NCBI GenBank assembly: GCA_965112735.1
Contig: OZ218962.1
Location: 620,001 to 684,000 of the forward strand
Length of the DNA: 64,000 nt
Reading direction: 5' to 3'
Source: Phaeosaccion multiseriatum
Lineage: Eukaryota > Protista > Ochrophyta, other classes
Position 1 is the first letter of the stretch. The number at the start of each line of letters is the position of its first letter. Shown here one piece after another: positions 1 through 13,692 of the stretch. The notes under the pieces are model-generated. The model ran no database searches. It was not told the origin of the DNA and was given only the letters and a program-made list of their open reading frames with translations. The position numbers and the translations under genes are program-made.

Positions 1-301
1 AAGTAAAGCCCCGAATAGCCCCACCGTCCCCCAAACCACTTGTGATCGATCGAACAAGCGCTCCACGAAGGACATAACACCCCCCCCTCCCGTCATCTGT
101 GGAGCACCAACACACCACGACCAGAGCAGCACAGCCTGTGTCCACCCACCAACCCACCTCGGTATCTTGTCTTCCCTCCATGGGGTGCCATCGCCACTCC
201 AGAGGTTGCCATATACTGCGGCCTCTTGTCCTCCCTCCATAGGGTGCCATCGTCCCTCCAGTGGTTGCCATCTAGTGCTGTCATCGACTGCCATCTACCT
301 C

Positions 302-605
302 CTACTTGAGGTGGAATACGGCGCTGCGGTCGTTGGAGCCCCTTCCGTGAGGTTCAGTGAGGCCCAAGTCATCCACAGTGGGGGCAATGGGGATGATGCC
401 TGATAGGGAGGGGATGGCAGTGGATGGGAGGGGATGGGAGGGGACGGCAGTGGATGGGAGGGGATGTAATTGGTGGGGGGGGATGGGAGGGACATAAAAG
501 GTGAGAAGGGAATGGAGGGAGAGGGGAGGGGGGGGCGTTGGTCGCCTGCTCCTCGCCTGTCCCACTGCTTGGACAGACAGGTACGGTCAAGTGCACTGTC
601 CTCCT

Positions 606-651
<46 letters not shown>

Positions 652-1931
652 TTCTCTCGATCTCTCGCATTCCCTCTTTGTCCACCGCTCTTTCTCTCTC
701 TCTCTCTTGCTCTTGCTCCCTTCTTCCATCTCTTTCTCTCTCTCGCTCTCCACCTGCTTCACTCACCTCCCGGGTTGAGTGGGAAGAGCTGCTTAAAGTA
801 GCTCCGACGGCAATCCTCCAGGTCGACGGTTTCAGCCATACCAGGAAGCTGATACACGTCCCTCAGCCAGGCCGAGAGGTGTGGGTAAGAGGAGAGAGGC
901 CGCTTGGTGCACTTGAACAGGGAGGCGTACACCGCGTCGAAGCGGACGGCTGTGGGATGGCAGTGGATGGGTAGGAGGCGTTGTAAGACACAAGAGAAAG
1001 GGAGAGGACGAGAGGGAGAGAGAGGGGAGGACAGAGGGAGAGAGAGAAAGAGCGAGAGAGGGAGAGGGAGGGAGAGAGAGAACGAGAGAAAGAGAGAGGA
1101 GGGGAGAGAGAGAGGGGGGGAGGGAGAGAGTGGGTGCCCACGTATGCACCTGTGGGGAAGAGCCTTAGGTCCGCCTCTGTGAGCTTGTCACCGCAGAGGA
1201 AGCGCGTCCCCTCCAGCAGGGCCTCGCAGCGGGCCCAGCCCGTGAACACGTCACTTACGGCCGCCTCGTAGGCACTCTTGGGGGAGGGGAGGGGAGAGGT
1301 GTAATGAGAGGGGAAGTGATGGAGAGGGGAGAGAGACGAATGTGCAGATCAGACGTTGGTCAGCACTTGGTGGTGCTTGATTGCTGGGGAGTGGAGAGGC
1401 TCGCATTGAATGAGGTCTGAGGAATTGAAACTGAGGACGGCAGTGGACGGGCAACGGGCCACCCCATTCACCTGCGAGGTGGAAAAGCCCGAGCGGTACA
1501 CTCCATTGTTGAGCAGCTCGTACACCCACGCATTGGTGTCGTCCACAGAAGTCTCGAGAGCCGGGGGGCAGAGGTCCACCTCTTGCTGCTTGTCCTCCTT
1601 GTTGCTAGACTCTGGTGCCTTCTCCGTCTTCGTCCTCGAGGGGGGTTCGAAGGCGTTGAGGGCGCGCATGATGTCGCTGCTCTCGTTGCTGACGAGGCGG
1701 CGCAGCTTCTTGTCCACCACGAGGGGGGCGGTGCATCTTCCCTCGTAGCCGGGGCTGCACAGCTCGTACACCTGTTGGTGATAAAATGCAGGGTAGGCGA
1801 GTGTTCGTCGAGAAGCGGTGTTGTGAGGGGACGCTTGTGTTAAGGGGAGGCATATGAACACACACAGACACAGAGACAGAGAGAGACGCACGTAAACACT
1901 CACACGCACACGCACACGCGCACACACACCC

Positions 1932-1966
<35 letters not shown>

Positions 1967-1986
1967 AAACACGTGCACACACACCC

Positions 1987-2027
<41 letters not shown>

Positions 2028-2873
2028 AAACACGCGCACACACACCCAATTCTCTCTCTCTCTCTCTCTCTCTCTGTCAAACACGCACACACACACACCT
2101 CTCTGAGGTCCTTGCATCCGAAGGCAGGGTCCGGCCTCTCCTCCGAGAAGGCCCAGCCCCCTCGGGACGCCTTCTCGGGGTCGTCGAGCAGCACACTGTA
2201 GCTAATGTCGTCCGTCAAGCCGCGGGCCTTGAGCGCCAGCAGTACTCGATGGCACCAGGGGCAAGCATTGCCGACGTACACGTGGTACCTCCCGCTCTCC
2301 GAGGGGAAGTCCTCCTTGCTTGAGATGCTGGTGCTGAAGGCGTTCGTGGGTCTGGCGTAGGCCCCGCTCTTGGTTTGAGGAGCCAGTTCCTGCATCATGA
2401 GGAGCCAGATCTGCGGGAAGTGTTGGGGGGACAAGAAGGGATGTGGGTGGGGTGGGATCAAAGATCAAGAGGGAAAACGCAAAGACAGAGACAGAAGAGT
2501 GCAGGTTGGGCTGGTTGTTGGTTGGCTGGCTCATTATCTTACCCACCTGCTTCCACGCGAACCTGGCGACCTTGACAAGCCCGCCCTGAGGCACCACCCC
2601 GGCCAGCTCTAAGATGCGGAAGCCCTTGTTGAGCTTCTGCTTGCTGTCCTTCTCTCGCTTCTCAGACTCGCTCAGCGCCATGTGCAGAGCAGTGGGGGAG
2701 ACTTTCTTCTCAAGCCCTCTCCGCAGTGCTGTACCACTTCTTGCTGTTCTTCCTATCCTTGGGGCGCTGCTGCTGGAGAGAGTAAGAGTAAAAGTATCCG
2801 CTGTCTCAAATACTATGCACACCAGCAGCAGCACCGGCAGTAGCACAGCGCGTTGGGCCACAGAAAGAACCAT
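302..2873 (-). CDS. Glutathionyl-hydroquinone reductase (Xi/omega-like GST, YqjG/ECM4 family), probably plastid-targeted; 6 exons
   Basis: Exons ~2873-2547, 2410-2099, 1772-1473, ~1278-1150, ~950-767, ~400-302. Motifs GRYHVYVGNACPWCHR, VSNESSDI, NNGVYRSGF, FLCGDKLTEADLRLFPT, LFPLNPGGIIP. N-terminus has a hydrophobic signal peptide, then ADT-F and a Ser/Arg-rich transit-like segment. Confidence 0.9.
1921..2098. repeat. Intronic compound minisatellite, ~3 x 60 bp [CACACCCAATT(CT)nGTCAAACACG...]
   Basis: Three directly repeated units visible inside GST intron 2. Confidence 0.8.
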
Positions 2874-2896
2874 CGCGTCAGGAGGGAGATAAAGAG

Positions 2897-2946
<50 letters not shown>

Positions 2947-3929
2947 AGAAAAGAGGACACATTGCTTAGGTGTGGGCCATTGACATGAAGCCGGTGGCCC
3001 CCCTGGTTCTTTCCTTCCTTCTCGATCACCTCACCAAGTCATCACAGTGTAAAGGCCTTCCTGCTGCAACTCGTGTAAAGAGCAGGGCTTCGCTTGCCAA
3101 GACAGCTATCTTCTAGTGAGAAGGAGCTTACCAGCATGCTGCGGCATGCCGTTGGATCGTTGGTGAAGGTAAGCGGATCTCTGGAAAGGGGACTGTCTGT
3201 GGCCGCAGATGGCGTTTTGGCTCCAGCCGACGAGCAATACGCCAGCGGAGCAGGGCGCCGTCACTATTGATGTTGTGGCTACTGCAAGTAGGCCCCGTGG
3301 GAGGAGGGCCGAGGCTTTGAAGTGGATTGTGTCCGGAGAAATTGGGCGGGAAGATGCGCAAGGATCTTTTCCTTGGGTGGGAGCGGGGCCTTGCGGGACC
3401 CATCCTCCGCTGCTGTGGCGCACGCGCCGGTCGCAGGAGAGGAAAAGGGCGTGGAAATTATGCGATCCGCAGCTTCCATTGTGGCACCGGGGGGTTTGGA
3501 TGCAGACAGAGCTAACCAAGAGGTGGCGGAGCTGCTGAGGTGGAGCGGAGGACTGGGAGCAGAGCAACCGCTGCAGCAGCAGAAGTAGTGGCATGAGACC
3601 AGTCTCAGCCTGGCTACATAGAAGGGGAATTTTTTTCTCTGCCCCTCCGAGAGCACGGCGCGTTCGACGCTGAGGCTGCGGGGCACCGCCTCTTCCCCAA
3701 CGAAGCCGGCAAGGAGGGGCAACAGCAGGAGAGCACCGCAGCTGGTGATACAGCAGCAGCAGCAGCAGCAGCAGCACAGCACTGGGGATCGCATCTTCCC
3801 GCCCCTCCCCCTTCTCTCCCTACTCTGTTCACTTTCCCACAAAGCCGCGGACCACCCCAATCTCTAATCCCCCCCCTCTCTTTTTAAAATACCCCGCCAC
3901 ACCCCCGCACCCACCTCCGCCCACCGCAG

Positions 3930-6900
3930 GGTTCGTCCCTCCGTGCCGCGCAGCATGGCGCCGTGTGCCGAAAGTCCGTGCTCCCCGCGGCCTTCTCTCC
4001 CGCGGCAGGGCTGGCTCGATCCATGAGCAGCTCTCCGACGACGGGCGGTGCGGCAGGGGACATCATTGGCATTGACCTGGGCACCACCAATAGCTGCGTT
4101 GCCATTATGGAGGGGAGGACGGCAAGAGTCATCGAGAACACAGAGGTATAGGGTAGGGTAGGGTAGGGAGGTTGGCGTGCGATGGGACGGATGTGACTTT
4201 GTGAAGGCCGAGAGGGGGAGGAGGGGGGAATGGTTGACAGTGCAATCAATTCAATTCGGTGGAGGTGTTCGCATCTCACGACTGGCGCAAGGGAGGGAGG
4301 GGGGTCCTTCGCGAGTGGCTCTTGCTCCTTGGTCGAAAGCCTCGACATTCACCGTCCGTTCGACCGCCGTCCGCCTTCCTCTTGTCTCATTTCACCCTCT
4401 TGCTCCTGTGCTGGCTTACCACACCAACCCCACCCCAACCCAACCTACCCAGGGAGCGCGCACTACCCCCTCCATGGTAGCTTTTCAGGCCGACGGTACC
4501 CGCCTCGTCGGACTGGCGGCCAAGCGACAGGCAGTGACCAACCCCGCCAACACGCTGTACGCCACGAAGCGGCTCATTGGCAGACGCTTCAAGGATAAGG
4601 AGGTGCAGAGTGTGCAAAAACTCGTGCCGTACGAGATTGTGGGCGGCGGGGCCGATAGCGGGGACGCTTGGCTCTCGGCAGGGGGCAACAAAATGAGCCC
4701 TAGTCAGGTGCGTGTGTGTGTGCGTGTGTGTGTGCGTGTGTGTGTGTGTGTGAGTGTGGGTGAGAGATATTGGGGGGGGGGGGGGTTGCGCGTGTCTGCG
4801 TTTGTGCGTGTGTGTGCGTATGTGCGCGTGTGTGTGTGCGCGTGCGTGTGCGTGAGAGACGCAAGGTGCTACTGACACGGACACTCGATGGAGGCCGACG
4901 TGTTGTGAGCACATGTATCAGCATAGCCTGCCTTGAGTTGCATTGCGGACTCGAAACCCTTCTCACATGCTACTACTTCCACCACACCGCATGACAACCA
5001 ACCAACACAACCTACAGGTGGGGAGCATGGTGCTGGTGAAGATGAAGGAGACGGCAGAGAACTTCCTTGGCAGACCGGTAGGTAAGGCCGTGGTGACGGT
5101 GCCTGCCTACTTTAACGATTCGCAGAGGCAGGCCACCAAGGACGCCGGGAGGATCGCAGGCCTCGACGTGCAGCGTATCATCAACGAGCCCACAGCAGCG
5201 GCCCTCGCCTACGGGCTTGATAAGGCAGACGGAAAGCTCATTGCGGTGTTTGATCTCGGAGGAGGCACGTTTGATATTTCGATTTTGGAGATTAGCGGCG
5301 GTGTGTTTGAGGTCAAGGCGACGAATGGAGATACTATGCTCGGGGGGGAGGACTTCGATGAGCACTTGCTCAAGCACCTGGTCGGGGAGTTTAAGAAGGA
5401 CAGCGGCATTGACCTCAGCGGGGATACATTGGCAATGCAGGTGAGTGAGCGAGTGAGCGAGTGGATGGGAGGGAGGGGAGGGAAGGAGAGGAGGGAAGGA
5501 GAGGAGAGGGAGGGGGGTTGGTTAGGGGCACATGGATGGGGAGGGCGAAGGAGAGGCATATGGGGAGGGCGAAGGAGAGGCATATGGGGAGGGCGAGGGG
5601 GAGAGAGAAAGGAGAGAGAGCTTTGAGCGAAGATAGGGCACAGAGAGAAGGAGGGGGACTGGAGAGGATGGACGGTGAAGACTGATACTATGTTGCGAAA
5701 GAAAGTCTCCCTGAAGCGAGACAGCAGAACGAGGAGAGGGGTGAGATGAGAGACGTGAACACTGAGGATGAGTTTTAGAGGGCACAGCTCAGGTTTTCAA
5801 CGCGAAGATGAGTGCAGTTGAAGAACTGCAGAGTGGAACGGGGGGTTGGGGGGAGTGGGGAGAGGGGAGAGCAGAGAGAGGGGAGTCTGATGAGAAGCAA
5901 GTGCCACACACACTACAGACCGTTCAGCAGAGAGAGAAGAGAGGGAGACGGGCCTCAGTGCAGTGTCTCGCGCAACGGACGGCTTGGCAAGACCTCCTTC
6001 ACGCCACCCCAAATGGTCCAGGGGAGGACCGAAGGGGTCTGTCTGATATGGAGGTGGATGTATGGCCACCTTGTCTTGCCTCCTGCCCCGCTCCGCCCTG
6101 CTGCCTCACTGGCGGACTTGCTGACCTGCTGTGACAACCGCTCATCCCTTTGTCTCTCTCTCTGCTCTCCTCTTTCCCTATCCATCTCTCTGTCCCCCCT
6201 CTCTCGCCCCTCCCCGTCTATCTCTCTCTGTGTATCTCTATCTCAATACATTTTTGTATGTATGTGTGCGAATATACACGCATTCGCTTCCTTCTCCTCA
6301 GCGCCTCCGAGAGGGTGCGGAGAAGGCCAAGCGCGAGCTCGATGGCCTCGCACAGACCGACGTGTCCCTTCCCTTCATCACGGCAGACGCCACGGGTCCC
6401 AAGCACATGAACGTGAAGGTCACTCGAGCGGGCTTCGAGAAGCTGGTGGACGACCTGGTGAACCGCGCCATTGAACCCTGCAAGAGTTGTATCAGGGATG
6501 CGGGGATTGAGAAGAAGGAGCTGCATGAGGTGTTGTTGGTGGGGGGTATGACGAGGATGCCCATGGTACAGACCAAGGTGGAGGAGTTCTTTGCACGAGT
6601 GCCCAGCAAGGGTGAGTCGAAGGGAGGGGAGGGAGGGAGGGAGGGAGGGGAGGGAGGGAGGGAGGGAGGGGAGGGAGGGAGGGGAGGGAGCGAGGCAAGA
6701 GAAGGAGAGGAGAGGGCCAGGGGAGGGAAGCAGGGGAGGGAGGCATACACAACACACTCAGACACTCACACACACAGACACGCTCACACTCGCTCCCTCC
6801 CTCTCCCTCACGCACGTGAAGGTGTGAACCCCGACGAGGTGGTGGCCATGGGCGCCGCCATTCAAGGAGGCGTATTGAGGGGAGATGTAAAGGACATCCT

Positions 6901-8191
6901 CCTGCTCGACGTCACGCCGCTGTCGCTGGGCATTGAGACGCTGGGCGGTGTGTTCACCAAGCTCATCAACCGCAACACCACCATCCCCACCAAGAAGGAG
7001 CAGACCTTCTCCACAGCGGCGGACAATCAGTCGCAGGTGCAGATTAAGGTGCTGCAGGGAGAGCGAGACATGGCAGCAGACAACAAGGTATGTGTGTGTG
7101 TGTGTGTATGTGCCTATGTGTGTTGACTACAATGTATGGAAGAACGCTGGGTTGGGATTGGCGTGTTTGTTTTGCTCTTCCAGAGCCCACTTCTCACGTG
7201 CCCCCCCCCCCCCCCCGCCCCACTCCCCCAACCCGTACCACCAACCGGTACACCACAATCCTGACGAACAGTCACTGGGAGAGTTTGACCTTACCAGCAT
7301 TCCTCCGGCGCCACGAGGCGTGCCCCAGATCGAAGTCACCTTCGACATCGACGCCGACGGCATCCTGCACGTGTCTGCCAAGGACAAGCAGACCGGCAAG
7401 GAGCAGAGCATTGTGATTCAGAGCAGCGGGGGTCTGTCGGAAGATGACATTGCCAAGATGGTGAGGGACGCAGAGGCGCACGCAGGCGAGGACGGCAAGA
7501 AGAAGGCCCTGATTGAGGCCAAGAACGACGCCGACTCGGCCATTTACGGCGTGGAGAAGAACATGCTCGAGCACAAGGAGAAGATCTCCGAGGAGACCAA
7601 GGAGAAGGTGAGTGGACTTGGGTGTTGGGTGGGTGGGCTTGGGTGTCGGGTGGGTGGGCTTGAGCGTGGGGTTTGGGCCCGTGTGGGTGTGGATGTGTGC
7701 AAGTAAGTAGGCTTGGTGGGTAGGTGGGGGGCTGCACACCCCATACATTCATCTGCTCTCTGCCGTGCGTTTCTCTTACCACGTATATTGACATTTTCCC
7801 TCCTTCGCTTCCTTCCTTCCTTCCTTCCTTCCTTCCTTCCTTCCTTCCTTCCTTCCTTCCTCGTGTTTGCAACCGTCCATCATACTCACCATGACACACA
7901 CGACACACCACACAGGTCACAGCGGCGGTGGCGGAGGTGCGCAGCGCGGTGGAGGGCGAAGACGCTGATGAGATTAAGACCAAGGTCGGGGCGTTGCAGC
8001 AGGTGGCACTCAAGATGGGGGAGGACATCTATGGCAAGACCTCTGGGGGAGGGGCAGCAGGAGGGGAGGGAGGGGCAGAGGGGGCCAAGGAGGGGGACGC
8101 GCAGGAGGCGGAGTTCACAGAGAAGAAGGAGGGGGAGGAGGCTGATGCGGGCAAGGAGGGAGAGGGAGACAAGGACAAGAAGCAACCATAG
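3930..8191 (+). CDS. HSPA9: Mitochondrial Hsp70 (DnaK-type); at least 7 exons, first coding exon not located
   Basis: [99 protein letters not shown]. Presequence-like Arg/Ser/Ala N-terminus, no EEVD. Exons ~3930-4145, 4453-4707, 5018-5440, 6302-6611, 6822-7087, 7272-7607, 7916-8191. Confidence 0.95.
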
Positions 8192-8978
8192 GACGATGGC
8201 AGCTGATGGATCTTATGGGGGTGAGGGGGGCTGGTTATGGCGATACCAAAGGCGTGAGGGAGTGGAGTAGGGTAGCAGCAGCAGCGGAACGCCAGCTGCT
8301 GATTTTGAACATGTGACAGAGAGGGAGAGAGAAACAACGGTGTGAAGTAGGTGGCAGAGAGAGCGAGAGAGAGCGAGAGAGAGCGAGAGAGGGGGGGGGG
8401 CAGCAGCAGCAGCAGCAACAGGTTTGGTGATACAGCACCAAGAAAACGATGTGGGCTTCATTCCCGGTCCCACTTCGTGATCATGAAAGGAAGGGCCACG
8501 TATTAATACAGGGTTTGTCTCATACTTTCTCACTCGGATGCTTTTGCGTCACTATCGAGACTGCGGGAGTGAAATCGTTTCACTCGGTCAAAGCGCCCTT
8601 CCCTCAAGCATTCCCCTTAGGATGCCTCGACAGAAGCTGAGCATGGTGATGGTGAGACACAACCCCACACCACCCCCTCACTCCGTGTGACATTCAGGTG
8701 ACGTTGGTCGACTCAGTATGTCCTGTGTGTGTGTGTGTCTAAACAGGGTGTATCCTAAGGCACCACAAAGGAGGTTGCTTGATTCGTTCGGTATCCAGCA
8801 GCGCGTTTGGACTCCATGTTCGATACTACTACGCAGCGAATATGGCACCAGAGGGTGCATTAAAGAGGTTTTAACCGTCGCTTGATCATCAGATTTGTTT
8901 TCTGTTTTGTACGGCTTCATTTGAAAACCACTTGGATGTTGGCTGGTCTATGGCAAGTGCATCACACGCGATCAATCG

Positions 8979-11900
8979 TCACAGAGGCACGGGACTGAGG
9001 CTCTCTCGAGAGGAGCACACAGAACGCGGCCCTACCGTATCACCAACTGCTGCTGCTGCTGCTGCTGCTGCTGCCTGCCGAGATGGCGAAGGTGGTAGTG
9101 GCGGCTGTGCCTTGGCTGTCCCTGTCCCGCTGCCGAAGTAGTCTCCCAGCAGCGGCGAAGAGTGGGACGTGTCTCGCTCCGCCACGGGCTCCGGCGACGG
9201 CGAGCGAAACCGATTGTTGCCTGCCGATGTGTCTCCTCCGGGAGAGGAAAAGGGAGAGAAGCCCAGGGGGGACGAGGTTGATGCTGCCGAGCCAGAGCTT
9301 AGCTCGTACGCCTCCACCCCAAATCGAGAGCGTGGAGAGCGCGGTGAAATGCCGCCCCCTGGGGATCTGTGGCCCGTGCTGCCCACGCTGCTTGCTCCGT
9401 CTTCGTCATGGGCCCCGCCGCCGCCCCCGCCCCCGCCGTTGCCACGGTCTCTTCTTCTCGTTCGGTGGCAGCGGCTGCTACTGTTGCTGTCTGTGGAGAG
9501 AGGAGATGAGAGTCGCGCCGTGGGAATGGCGAAACAGCCCCTTCCTCCTCCTCTTCCCCCTCCCCCTACCTCGCCTGGACTCCCCCCCGGGGTCCCGCCC
9601 CCCCAACTCGCGGCACTTGTTGGTCCGTACAGCACCCGCGGGCTGAAGTTGAGGGCCTCCTCGTCGTATTTGTGGCGTCTGCTGCTGCCGATACGACTGC
9701 TGCTGCTGCCCCCGGCCCCCCTCCTTGTCGCCCATCCTGTCCGTCCCTTTGTTGGCGAAGTCTCCACAGTCAACGCAGTGATGGAGCTCTTCTCCGCCGC
9801 ACCGCTGCCCAGATGACTGCCGTTGCTGCTGCCGCTGCTGCTTTGCTGCCGCTTGTGAGAATCTGCCCCGCCTTTGCCCCTCCCTATTCCTCCTCCTCTT
9901 CCTCCTCCTCCTCTTGCCGCTGCCGCCGCTCCCACTGCTGCCGCTGCTGCCTTGGCCCCTCGTCTCAATGGCCCCTCCAGCTCTTTGGTGCTGCCATGCC
10001 TGCCTATCCCTGGCCCCTTCCCTCGCCCATCCACTGCCTTCGCACCCCCCTTGGCCGTTACGCCCCTCTTCTGACTGTCTCGCTCCAACCCAACCGTCGG
10101 CTCATACCCGTGCCCACGGGACCGTCCTCCGCTCCTCGCCCCCCCCCCCCGCTCTTCCTCCTCCTCCCCGCACCTCGGTGTGGGAGGGTAGCTATCGCCA
10201 TCTGTGCTATCCTCCCTGTGAGGGTCGAGCTTGCTATACATACCACCGCCTGCTCCTCCTCCTCCTCCTATCTTCCTCTTGGTCTTTCCTCCACCGCAAA
10301 GGCAAAGGCAAAGCACCGCAGCGGCAGAGTGTCGAACAACTCTGGCAATGAGCTGTCCGAGCGAAGGCATGTACAGTAGTAGCTTCTCTTCCTCATCCTC
10401 CTCCTCCCCCTCCTCTCCCCACCCCTTCCTTGTTTGGCTCTTGTGCCCCACGGGAGCCGCAGCCATCTTCGCGTGTTGTAGTGCAGTCTGTCTCTCCCTT
10501 CGAAGCGCCAGTTGGAACGCCAAGCCCAGAATTGCCACCACCACCCACACCAACACCAGTATCTGATAGGAGTGAGGCGAGCAGAGGCCAGCAGCGAAAG
10601 GCGAGGGGAGAGAGGAGACAGGAGAGAGGAGCGAGAGGAGGTTAGACCAGTACATTGACACGTTGGGTATGTCAAGAAGTTGGGTATGTGAGAGAAGGCG
10701 CGGAGGGACAGAGGCGGGGGTGAAAAGGGAGGACCCTTCTCGCAAACAAAAGGAGGGGGGAGGAGGAACGGTCTGCAAGGGAGGAAGGATGGTGAGCTTG
10801 CTCGCTGTGATGCAAGCAGAGAGAAGCTCAGGGGGGGAGGGTTCTGAGTGAGTGATTTGACCGAAATGCAAGGCGTATTGCTGTGGATAAGTGACTGCTT
10901 GGGTGAGTGACTGACTGACTGACGACGTTCGCTACCTTCGTCATTTGGACTCATTGACTTACTTACCTTGCACGTTCTCTGCTCCGCGCAGCCGTCGTTC
11001 TGTGGATCATCAAGCAGCTTGAACACCTCAGCGGGTGTGTCGAGGAACCGGCCCAGTCCAAGCTTCAACACCCCAGCACCGAAGGCCGCAGTGGCCACCA
11101 GGAAGGCGTTCGGGTGCAGCTCCTGTATGTAGGTGGTAGGCAGGTTAAGAGAAGGTGGGTAGGTGAGTGGGTGTGTAGGGTAGGTGGGTAGGTGGGTGGG
11201 TGGGTGAGTCGGTACGTATTGTTCGAAGTACGCGTATGACCCGAGGAGGAGGAAGAGGAGGAGGAGGAGGAGCAGGAGGAGGAGGAGGAGGAGGAGGAGG
11301 AGGAGGAGGAGAAGGAGGGGGAGGAAGAGGAGGAGGAGGAGGAGGAGGAGGAGGAGGAGGAGGAGGAGGAGGAGGAGGAGGAGGAGGAGGAGGAGGAGGA
11401 GGAGGAGGAGGAGGAGGAGGAGGAGCAGGAGCAGGAGGCTCATAGGAAAGCGCTTTCTCACCTGTGGGAAGGCCATGATGGTGCATGCGAAGGAGAGGAT
11501 TGTGAAGAGCGTCCAGTTGGCCACGGTGGAGCCGAGGGCCCGTGCCAGACCAACGTCCACAGCGAGGCAGAACATGACCATAGCCAGGGCAGCGACGGTC
11601 TTGTACCTGGCCAAGAGGCACAATGAGGGGGGACGAAGGGGCACAATGAGAGGAACGAAGGGGCACAAGAAGAGGGGCCAAGAGGCACGAGAAGAGGGGC
11701 CAAGCTAGAGCCCCTCGCGTACCTGGCCATGGGGCTGTGGTGCGAGGAGAGGTACCCGATGAGCATTCCGGCGGCGGTGGCGCAGGTGATGACGAGAGGG
11801 TCCGAGCAGAGGAGGTAGTGGGCCACCGCGGCCGCTTTGAAGGCGCCAACCTAGGGGAGGGAGGGAGGGAGGGGGGGTGGGAGGGAGGGAGGGAGGGAGT

Positions 11901-13656
11901 GAGGGAGTGAGGGAGGGAGAGAGAGGGGGAGTGAGGGAGTGAGGGAGGGAGAGAGAGGGGGAGGGAGGGAGGGAGGGAGACATATGGGCGAGTGATGTAT
12001 CCGGAATGTGAGGGAGGAGCGGGATAGACACACGGGCAGTGGCTCAAAACGCCGCCCCACCCCTCCCTTCCCCCCTCCCTTCCTCCCTCCCTCCCTCCCT
12101 CCCTCCATCACCTCACCTCAAATCCGAGAACGAAGGTGTGAAACCCCGCGTGTTGCTCCCCGAGAAAGGCCATGTAGGGCCCCATAAGCACGGCCGAGAA
12201 GGCGAGGAAGGAATCGAACACGCGAATAGACTTGACGTGCGGTGTCCACCACACACCCGTATCATCTTGGTAGAGGCGGATGTAGTCGATCTTCATCCTC
12301 TGTCCTGTCTGATCTGCCCGCCCTCCCTGTCCTGCCTGGTCAGGGGAGGCGTAATCGACCCTCTCGAGGCCAGTGTCGGTCTCGTCTTGATCTTGAGGCA
12401 CAAGCCCCATTACCCCTCCACTGCTTGTGCTGCGGCCGTTACCGTCTCTGCCCCCACTACTTTCTTCATCGCTTGGGCCACTGCCATTGTCCCCTTTGCT
12501 CTTGTCATTGTCATTGTTCTTGTTCTTGTTCTTGTTCTTCTTCAATCCCCTCCTCCCCGCCCCGGCCCCTCCGTCATCTCCTTCCTCTTCCTCTTCCTCC
12601 TCCTCCTCCATTTGCCCCCCAGAAGCCCCCCCCTCTCCTCCTCCTCCTCCTCCTCCTCCTCCCAGGCTGAGGAGGATGTGGAAGGGCTGATCGAAGGGCG
12701 CCTTCGACAAGCTGCCCTCCCCGCCCGTTGCCTCACTGTACCACTGCGTCTTAGTGCAATAGTGCCAACCGTCCACGAGCCAGCGAAAACCCTTCTGGGT
12801 CCACTCGACGGAGTAAATGTGGTAGCCTCCAGACAAAAGACTGCCGCTACTCCCTCCTGCCCCTCCCCCTTCCTCCCCCTCCCCCAGAGTACTTGGAGAG
12901 TACTCACACCTCCCTGCCGGGTCGGGCCATTCCTGAGAGGACACCGTCTCTACAGATGCCTCGTCCGCACCACCGAAGAGCAGCGAGCCGCTGACGGTGT
13001 TGGTTTCTGCGACGGGGTTGTCAGCCTGGTGGGACGAGAGGCCCATACGCCGGAGATAAGGGGGGGTCATTGGTGGGAGGAATGAGGCGTGGTGACTTCC
13101 TGGGTTGGGGGTTAGTTCGTATGGCATGTTTGTCTCTCTTGGTATGGCCCTGCTGGCTTTTCTCTCTCTCCCCCCCCCCCCGTCCTGCGTTCCACAGCTC
13201 CAAGCATGACTGATGCTTTGTCTCTCACCTCCTCGACTACGATGACTTGTCCCCACTTGATGGTGCTGACGGTTGGGGCGAGCCAAAGCTTGGGCCACAG
13301 CCCTTGCCCCTGTGGCAGCCAGATTCTCGCCTCCACCCGACCGTATATGAAGCCTCCCTCGCTCCTGAGGAGGATGAAACTCGCATCATTATCCTCGCCA
13401 TTGGGTCCTGGGCCGGTGCTGCTGCTACTGCTGCTAGAGTTCCTGCCCTCGTCGTCTCCAACTCCGAGCAGCAGCTCTCCGTCTGAAGTGAGCTCGACGC
13501 TCCCTCCTCCCTGGATCGTCCATTGGCCTTGGTTCAGTGCCTGGAGAGAAATGTTGCGGCGCGGGGAAGGAAGCAAAGACGGGCAAGGATGGGCAAGGAG
13601 AGATATGCCAGAGAGGGCGGGAGAGGGAGGGGGAGGGGAGAGAGAAAGAGAAACAG

Positions 13657-13692
<36 letters not shown>

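Noticed and set aside
295-1249. ER/LS-repeat ORFs here and at 13434-14058, 50452-51367 and 57241-57635
   Set aside because: Translations of intronic (CT)n, (GA)n and (GAAG)n microsatellites.
3106-3860. ORFs between the GST and Hsp70 genes
   Set aside because: No domain or consistent splice pattern; partly driven by a (CAG)n tract. The region may hold the missing Hsp70 first exon.
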